From an uncultured Candidatus Bathyarchaeia archaeon (lineage in GTDB: Archaea; Thermoproteota; Bathyarchaeia; Bathyarchaeales; Bathycorpusculaceae), in assembly GCA_964483905.1 (NCBI GenBank), contig CAZADP010000001.1, forward strand, positions 1-40,499: a DNA stretch of 40,499 nucleotides. Reading direction: 5' to 3'. Below are positions 1 to 6,312 of the stretch, in pieces (positions within the stretch are counted from its first letter, which is position 1; the number at the start of each line of letters is the position of its first letter). The position numbers and the translations under genes were made by a program. The notes below the pieces were generated by a model that worked only from the letters and a program-made list of their open reading frames with translations, was not told the origin of the DNA and made no database searches.

Positions 1-106
1 GGGTCGTCCCCGCTGGGATCCAGCCTTGGACATCAACGGCGACGGAGTTATTGACTTAATGGACTTGGCTCTAATAGCAAGAGACTTTGGGAAAAGATCT
101 GCCTGA
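1..106 (+). CDS. 3' end of an upstream secreted protein (partial CDS): second repeat of a C-terminal dockerin
   Basis: The frame starting at nt 2 reads GRPRWDPALDINGDGVIDLMDLALIARDFGKRSA, then TGA at 104-106. The P-R-W-[ND]-P linker, the D-x-N-x-D-G-x-x-D calcium loop and the helix ending ..FG match the second dockerin repeat of the other dockerin proteins in this window. Confidence 0.75.
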   Translation, partial: GRPRWDPALDINGDGVIDLMDLALIARDFGKRSA

Positions 107-361
107 CCAATAATTTCCCCAATCTTTTTCACCATTTTTTGTAATGTTCAGCTGAAATTACCTCGCGCTTTATTGTTCGCATCAAGTTTCTTGAACAGAG
201 TTTCTTGCTGTTCTCATAGAGACGTTATCTTTTCTTTTTCCATCTGGCCACTTGAAAAAGTCCTTCATTCCACCTGCTACCTTGTAAATTTTTTCAGCCC
301 TCTTCTTTGCTGTTTTCACTTTTTTATAGCGGGGAGGACTACTTTTTTCGATTCAAGCTCG

Positions 362-390
362 TAGAAGATAATTCCAGAATTCTTAATAGT
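362..390 (+). promoter_or_regulatory. Copy 1 of the shared 29-nt promoter cassette (near-palindromic core AATTCCAGAATT followed by TATA-like CTTAATAG)
   Basis: The sequence is TAGAAGATAATTCCAGAATTCTTAATAGT. It aligns position by position with the copies at 6219, 10868, 16771, 24115, 27510, 30053 and 36922. All copies are on the + strand, 31-65 nt upstream of a + strand start codon. Confidence 0.7.
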
Positions 391-441
391 TACGGTAATC
401 TATTAATGAATCGTATCCGCGCGCAAGAGGAGAAAGGGAAA

Positions 442-3400
442 TTGTTCAAATCTGAAAAGCTTTTCAGATTACTCCGCGTTTGCGCATTGATATTTCTGTT
501 GTCCTCCATGATGTTTGCATGGCAATCAATACCAGTGAGTTATCAAACGGATTCTGGGCAGCCCGTTTATCTCCATTCGGCAGAGCCCCTAGTGCCAGTG
601 CACATGCGCTCGAACGCTTCTCTGGAGCCTGTACATATGGACTCTAACATAACCCTTACGCCAGTACACATGCACTCACTTCAACCCTATCAGGAGCATT
701 TATATGCGCCCGTATGGACTGATTGGCACGAACTATACCCGAACTATTGCATGGATTGGCATCTCACCAGCTGGGAAGACACTGGTGAACCCTATGGCGA
801 ACTCAGTTCCAATGACCAAATTGACATGACTGATGAGTACGGAAATATGACATGGTTCCACGTAGACAGGATGACAATCACGCTCAACCTTTCATCCGTT
901 GATTCCCCCGAAGAGAAAATTTTCGTCGAGTTTAAGGGCCCGCCTGAGCGTTCTATAGATGTTCTTTACAACCCGAATTGCACCTACTGGCACGAAGTTT
1001 GGTCGATCTATAGCAACGTTTACCATATTATCAATTGGACTGATAATGGTGACGGCATCCTTAGTTTTTGCGATTACATTGACTTAAACCTGACTCAAGG
1101 CGCGATCCCTCCAGGGATTTACAGGTGGCACGTTGATGGAGTATCTAACGAACTCATCTTAAGGTGGAAGATGATGAACCCAATCTGTACTTGGTGGCAT
1201 GAGATCTACCCAAACTACTGCGGATGGCATCATCTTGCCAGTTGGGAAGACTCTGGTCAGCCTAAAGGGCAACTTAGTCCATGTGACCAAATCGACATGA
1301 TTAACGAAGAGACCGGAGAGAAGACCTGGTATCACGTGGACAGAATGACTGTCACCCTAAATGTGACGATAGGTCCTGAGCCAGCCGAGTGGATGAAGAT
1401 AGAATTGAAGACACAATACTTCGAGGAGATATATGAGGTCCTCAAGCATCCGAATGCGACTCTGTGGCACGAGGTTTATCCCAACTACTGCAATACTTAC
1501 GAGCTGACGCGGTGGGACTGGTGGTATGACGACAACTGCAACGGAGTTCTAGACGTCTGCGACCACATTTGGTTGCTGAATTGGTCAGAGCCTGAACCTG
1601 AAGAAAAGAGATATCACATTGAAGACATATCTTACGGCATCATCCTTGACCAAAAAATTGCAAATCCAGAGTCCACCGTCTGGCATGGGCTTTTGCCAGA
1701 GGAGGTCTACAGCAAGTGTTATAATATAAATTATTGGGAAGACACTGGCGAACCCTTCGGATTTCTAAGTCCTTGCGATCAGATTAGGATGCTGACTCCA
1801 GACCCGGCAGAACCATATTTGTGGTACCATGTGGACAGGGTGACCCTCGCCCTCAATGTGTCAAACGTGGATCATCCGGAGGAATTTATGTTCGTCGAAC
1901 TCAAGGAACCCTTTGAAGAACTTTATTTGGTCAAGACGCACCCAAATGAGACTCTTTGGCATGAGGTTTGGCCAAATTACAGCAAAGTCTATCACATTTC
2001 TGACTGGAAAGACAACTGCAACGGCGTTCTCGGCTACTGTGATCTAATTGAATTCACAGACCAAGGAGGATTTACCAGTTGGTGGCACGTTGAAGACTTA
2101 GCCATTGATATTGTCCTCAGCAAGAAGATTGCGAACCCGGTGTGTACCTATTGGCATGAGCTTTATCCAGAATTCTGCAACACATATCACGTCATTAGCT
2201 GGGAAGACAACGGCGACAGTTTTCTAAGCCCTTGTGACTGGGTTGACCTAGAACCCATAAACCCGTCAGGGCCAACAAGGTCATACCATGTGCAAAATGT
2301 AACACTCACTATGCTAGTGTCAAACGCTAGTGATCAGGCGATCACAATGTACATCGAGTTTGAGGGCAGTTTCCAAGAGATATATGAAATCAAGACAGCC
2401 CCCTCGGGTAGCCTATGGCACGAAGTCTATCCAGTATTCTGCAGGTATTACAATCTCACCAGCTGGGAAGACAATTGCGACGGTGTACTCAGTTACTGCG
2501 ACATAATTGATTTAACGGACTTGAATACTACGAAGCTGAGCCGGTGGCACATTGAAGAAGTAGCCATAGACATAGTTGTTAAGAAAAAAGTCCATGATGT
2601 AGCTGTCGATAATGTTTCATCCTTGTATCCTTGGGTATATCTAGGCAAAGTTGACCCTATCTTTGTAAATGTTACAAACGAAGGTGACTATACAGAGAAT
2701 GTTGTTGTCTACGTCTTCTATGGCACCTGTCCATGTAGCCTCGTTGCACCAAATCAGACAGTTGTTCTGATTCCCGGAGACACTAAGACGTTGACGTTCT
2801 ATTGGGACACAACGGGTTTCTCACTAGAAACCTACACCATAAGCGCGAACGCTGCAATTCTAATTGACGAAGACCCAGGAGACAACACACATGTAGGTTT
2901 CACCCTAGAAGTTAGGCCAATGCCGCCGCTCCATTGGAAAGAGTCCCGTCCAGATTATGCCCCAAGTGGAGTGCCCGACTTTGACCAACGGCAAGATCAG
3001 TGGGATAGCCCCCCCGGAAGTGGCGTGTGGACTTGGTGTGCTCCAACCGCCGTCGCCAACTCGTTGTGGTGGTACGACTCCAAATACGAACCGAACATCA
3101 TCTGGCCTCCGCCGAGAATAGTTGACAATAATCCGCTAGTCTCCTCATACAACCCAGGAGTATGGGATGACCACGATCCGCAGAATGTTATGCCGTTCGT
3201 GCAGCACCTAGCCTATCTTATGGACACAGACGGGCAGAGGACGGGAGTCAATCATGTTGGCACTTGGGTATCGGACATGCAAGCTGGAATCGCCCAGTAC
3301 CTTTCATGGACAGGAGTCAACCCGCTTGGAGACGTGAACGGCGACGGAAGAGTTAACCAGACAGACGTAGACGTAGTAAATGCGGCTTTGGGAAGCACGC

Positions 3401-4881
3401 CCGGAAACTCCACTTGGAATATGGCTGCTGACGTCTGGCCGGTTACCACAGGATGGCCAGTTTGGGGACCATCTGACAACGTGATCGAGGCGCAAGACCT
3501 TGCCCTCGTTACAGCAAATATGGGTCGAAGGGGCATGTTCTGTGAGTATACCGTCCAAGCACCAGACTTCTTCGACATAGAGGAAGAAGTTGAAAGGTCT
3601 GAAGACGTCGTCCTCATGCTTGGCTTCTGGAACTACGATCCAGGCACTCAGAGTTGGGTTAGAGAGGAATATCCATATGCATATGGATCAGGGCACTGCG
3701 TAACAGCAGCCGGAGTAAACTCGACCACTATGCAGATTGCCGTAAGCGACCCTGTTCAAGACAATGCTGAACCACCACCTCAGGGCACCAACGGACCGGG
3801 AAGAGTCATTCCAACCCCGCCGCATCCTCATCCACCAGCTCCACCAGAAACCGTGCATAATGACGCTTCTTATGTTTCCCAAGACACATATGCCGTCGCA
3901 CCAGTACCATGCCCCAGCGGCAACTGGACGCTAGTAAACTATTCCAGTCCACAGTATCCTGGGTGGAACATAACTGTAATAGAATGGTCAATCACGATAA
4001 CACCACTTCCATTTCACGATGTATCAATTATCAATGTTTCATCCTTGTTTCCTTGGGTGTATCAAGGGCAGATTGACCCAATCAACGTGACCGTTACAAA
4101 TGAAGGCGGCTTAACAGAAACCATTGACATCTACGCCTTCTTTGACGGAAACTTGGCTGCACCAAAACAGGTAGTCATCCTGGATCCGAGAGACACTAGG
4201 ACGTTGACGTTCAATTGGAACACGACAGGTGTACCAGTAGGAAACTACACGGTGGGCGCTAATGCCACAATCCCTATTGACGATGATCCAGCAGACAATG
4301 TGAAGACGGGAAATCAGCAAGAGATCCGGGAGCCACCATCGGAAATTCACAACGTATCCGTCACCAATGTCGCTACATCTAAAACTGTGATTGGGCAAGG
4401 GTATGCGATGAACATAAACGTAACTGTGGAAAACCCTGGCAACTATACTGAAACCTTTAACATTACAGCCTACTACAACGCAACTTCTGTTAACACAACA
4501 GAAGTCACTCTAACAAGCGGAAACAGCACCACGGTCTCGTTCACATGGAACACTACCGGCGTCGCAAAAGGCAATTACACCATAAGCGCCTACGCCCATC
4601 CAGTTCCAAGCGAAGTGGATATAGCGGACAACAACTTTACTTATGGCTCGGTTGTCGTTGCTATGGTAAGCGACATAACTGGTCCGGAGGGCTTTCCAGA
4701 CGGTAAGGTTGAGATGAGAGACGTTTCAATGGTGGCTAGACTGTTCGGCGTCAGCTATCCAGACCCAAAATACAACCCAAACTGCGACATAACCGGACCA
4801 ACACAGGGTGTAGCCGACGGAAAAATCGAAATGAGAGACGTAAGCCTAGTAGCCCGCAACTTCGGAAAAGTCGACCCATAA
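442..4881 (+). CDS. Secreted multidomain protein: signal peptide, 8 Trp/His/Cys-rich repeats, CARDB, C39/papain-like domain with an embedded dockerin, 2 CARDB, C-terminal double dockerin
   Basis: The track ORF is 307..4881, but the shared promoter cassette (362-390) lies inside it. I place the start at TTG 442, preceded by GAGGAGAAAGGG (428-439) as in the paralogous leaders; ATG 406 is the alternative. The signal peptide is FKSEKLFRLLRVCALIFLLSSMMFA. CARDB signatures are HDVAV, TENV..Y, TFYWDTTG and GDN. The C39-like motifs are WCAPTAVANSLWW (Cys codon 3037-3039) and GHCVTAAGV...IAVSDP (His codon 3694-3696). The C-terminus is DITGPEGFPDGKVEMRDV...FG / CDITGPTQGVADGKIEMRDV...FG. Confidence 0.85.
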   Translation: MFKSEKLFRLLRVCALIFLLSSMMFAWQSIPVSYQTDSGQPVYLHSAEPLVPVHMRSNASLEPVHMDSNITLTPVHMHSLQPYQEHLYAPVWTDWHELYPNYCMDWHLTSWEDTGEPYGELSSNDQIDMTDEYGNMTWFHVDRMTITLNLSSVDSPEEKIFVEFKGPPERSIDVLYNPNCTYWHEVWSIYSNVYHIINWTDNGDGILSFCDYIDLNLTQGAIPPGIYRWHVDGVSNELILRWKMMNPICTWWHEIYPNYCGWHHLASWEDSGQPKGQLSPCDQIDMINEETGEKTWYHVDRMTVTLNVTIGPEPAEWMKIELKTQYFEEIYEVLKHPNATLWHEVYPNYCNTYELTRWDWWYDDNCNGVLDVCDHIWLLNWSEPEPEEKRYHIEDISYGIILDQKIANPESTVWHGLLPEEVYSKCYNINYWEDTGEPFGFLSPCDQIRMLTPDPAEPYLWYHVDRVTLALNVSNVDHPEEFMFVELKEPFEELYLVKTHPNETLWHEVWPNYSKVYHISDWKDNCNGVLGYCDLIEFTDQGGFTSWWHVEDLAIDIVLSKKIANPVCTYWHELYPEFCNTYHVISWEDNGDSFLSPCDWVDLEPINPSGPTRSYHVQNVTLTMLVSNASDQAITMYIEFEGSFQEIYEIKTAPSGSLWHEVYPVFCRYYNLTSWEDNCDGVLSYCDIIDLTDLNTTKLSRWHIEEVAIDIVVKKKVHDVAVDNVSSLYPWVYLGKVDPIFVNVTNEGDYTENVVVYVFYGTCPCSLVAPNQTVVLIPGDTKTLTFYWDTTGFSLETYTISANAAILIDEDPGDNTHVGFTLEVRPMPPLHWKESRPDYAPSGVPDFDQRQDQWDSPPGSGVWTWCAPTAVANSLWWYDSKYEPNIIWPPPRIVDNNPLVSSYNPGVWDDHDPQNVMPFVQHLAYLMDTDGQRTGVNHVGTWVSDMQAGIAQYLSWTGVNPLGDVNGDGRVNQTDVDVVNAALGSTPGNSTWNMAADVWPVTTGWPVWGPSDNVIEAQDLALVTANMGRRGMFCEYTVQAPDFFDIEEEVERSEDVVLMLGFWNYDPGTQSWVREEYPYAYGSGHCVTAAGVNSTTMQIAVSDPVQDNAEPPPQGTNGPGRVIPTPPHPHPPAPPETVHNDASYVSQDTYAVAPVPCPSGNWTLVNYSSPQYPGWNITVIEWSITITPLPFHDVSIINVSSLFPWVYQGQIDPINVTVTNEGGLTETIDIYAFFDGNLAAPKQVVILDPRDTRTLTFNWNTTGVPVGNYTVGANATIPIDDDPADNVKTGNQQEIREPPSEIHNVSVTNVATSKTVIGQGYAMNINVTVENPGNYTETFNITAYYNATSVNTTEVTLTSGNSTTVSFTWNTTGVAKGNYTISAYAHPVPSEVDIADNNFTYGSVVVAMVSDITGPEGFPDGKVEMRDVSMVARLFGVSYPDPKYNPNCDITGPTQGVADGKIEMRDVSLVARNFGKVDP
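709..2586 (+). repeat. In-frame tandem array of 8 units, arranged as 4 long/short pairs of ~88 and ~68 aa, of an unassigned WHE-YPNYC-WED-CD-WYHVD repeat
   Basis: The recurring pattern is P-x-C-T-x-W-H-E-[LV]-[YW]-P-x-[YF]-C ... [ST]-W-[EK]-D-x-G ... [SY]-[PFY]-C-D-x-I-[DE] ... W-[YFW]-H-[VI]-[DE]. Units begin at aa 135, 222, 291, 382, 453, 546, 611 and 699 in track ORF numbering. Confidence 0.8.
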
Positions 4882-5159
4882 ACATCTCGCAAATCCCCCT
4901 CATTTTAGGAAAATCATAGCTTAGTTACACTGTTCAAGATGGACCACGGCGTACGCTAGTCTAGCTCGGTTAGGGCATCTGCTTGCTGTGCATCCTAATT
5001 GAAACTGAAACAACTTTAGAGAATGGATACACAACAAGTATGCTAAAACATACGTCTTTCAGACCTTTAGCATCTATTTTTAACGCGCGCTGTTTTTAAA
5101 ATCACTGCGCGCGCTTTACGCCAAATCTTAAGTCACAATTCTAGCATACTTTAGCGTAC

Positions 5160-5195
5160 AATAGTACAGCGTTCCAGCGTCGTTTTAGCGTGTCA
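5160..5195. repeat. 36-nt exact repeat, copy 1 (AATAGTACAGCGTTCCAGCGTCGTTTTAGCGTGTCA)
   Basis: It is identical to 9297..9332. It lies 279 nt downstream of the stop codon of the 442..4881 gene. Confidence 0.9.
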
Positions 5196-5973
5196 GGAAG
5201 CGTTAAAACGGCGAATCTAACGATGCTAAAAACGCTAAAAACCAGATTCTAACCATATGCTAGAGGAGAACTTCCTCCTGCACCCCATAGCTACTATAGG
5301 GTGGTGCGCTATTTTGTTTTGTATTGATATTTTGTGTTGTTGTCTATTATGTAGAAGGTGTGTTCTTTGTCGTCTATTGTGTGGAGTATGGGTCTGCGAG
5401 GATTTCGGCTATTTTTGCGAGGTCTTCGAGGCTTTCAGTTTTGGGCTCCCATTGTCTCCTCTTCGCTTCCTCTCTAATGCATGCATGCGCTATGTCGATG
5501 GTTCATCCGTTGGACAGAGCACGGGCGACTATGAGGGAATGATCCTTAAGAACTCGTTCTCGGGATAGAATCTGTATCTTATCGGTTATGAAGGTCCAGA
5601 TCCGGGGATTTACTTTGAATTCGATGGAACAATATTATCCCCAAAGGGCACACTATTACCATAACACGAACCGTGTGTCATCAATTTTATCCCTATTTTT
5701 TTGGCTATGCAATCTGTCATTGTACACAAGATTTGCGCGCGCAAGCCAAGCTTATATTTACTTAGAATCTATCGATCGCCTGACTACTCTTTTTTCTTAT
5801 TCACCTTAACAACCCCAAATCTAGTGATACGAGGTATCACTAGACGAGGGACTCAAACCTTAATCAATAACCTAAATAGGGCCTTTATTTAGGAACCGCC
5901 TGTTGTCTTGAGAGTTTTCGCTGGCCTGAGGGAGCCGCGGGTTTTAATAGGCAACTCGTCATTATTTTTAAGT

Positions 5974-6165
5974 ATGAACCAAGAAGAATACGAGAGACTT
6001 GTCGCGTCAGATTCTGGAGCTGCCAATTTCCTACAATTTGTGAGTGGGTCACATCGTAATCGACACTTTTACCGCGCTAAGAGAGATTACAAGGCCGTGC
6101 TTTCTGATGCATTATTGAAGCATAGAATTCGATCGATCATCAACAACCTCTTGCGCACGCGATGA
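5974..6165 (+). CDS. Possible small (63 aa) basic helical protein, candidate leaderless transcript
   Basis: The ATG at 5974 lies inside track ORF 5908..6165. A TATA-like TTTTAATAG at 5943-5951 lies about 25 nt upstream of the ATG, which is the geometry expected of a leaderless archaeal mRNA. No family was recognised and there is no SD. Confidence 0.25.
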   Translation: MNQEEYERLVASDSGAANFLQFVSGSHRNRHFYRAKRDYKAVLSDALLKHRIRSIINNLLRTR

Positions 6166-6218
6166 GCTCGCGTTGCATTTGATGCATTCTTCCATGGTGA
6201 TGCGGCTTTTGATAAGTA

Positions 6219-6247
6219 TAGAAGATTTTTCCAGAAGCTTTTAATGC
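6219..6247 (+). promoter_or_regulatory. Copy 2 of the shared promoter cassette
   Basis: The sequence is TAGAAGATTTTTCCAGAAGCTTTTAATGC. It sits 65 nt upstream of ATG 6313, with the purine-rich leader AAAGGGGAAAGAAGAAGAG in between. Confidence 0.6.
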
Positions 6248-6312
6248 AAAAACCTACATACACACTAATCATTGAAAGGAGATCGATCGCGTAAAAGGGG
6301 AAAGAAGAAGAG

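Noticed and set aside
179-316. A minus-strand Lys-rich mini-ORF (…KKVKTAKKRAEKIYKVAGGMKDFFKWPDGKRKDNVSMRTARNSVQET).
   Set aside because: It would be under 50 aa. The Lys richness is the mirror of the T-rich terminator/promoter spacer on the + strand, and it has no start context or motif.
4940-5010. A tRNA-like fragment (TAGCTCGGTTAGGGCAT resembles a D-arm region).
   Set aside because: It has no complementary acceptor stem, no T-arm (GGTTCGAATCC-type) and no consistent cloverleaf.
5257-5892. Small + strand ORFs in the noncoding island, including a Cys-rich 103-aa ORF.
   Set aside because: They have no SD or TATA context, odd composition and mutual overlap. The opposite strand carries more protein-like but frameshifted segments (5374-5636) that I cannot assign to any family, so I have not called a gene.
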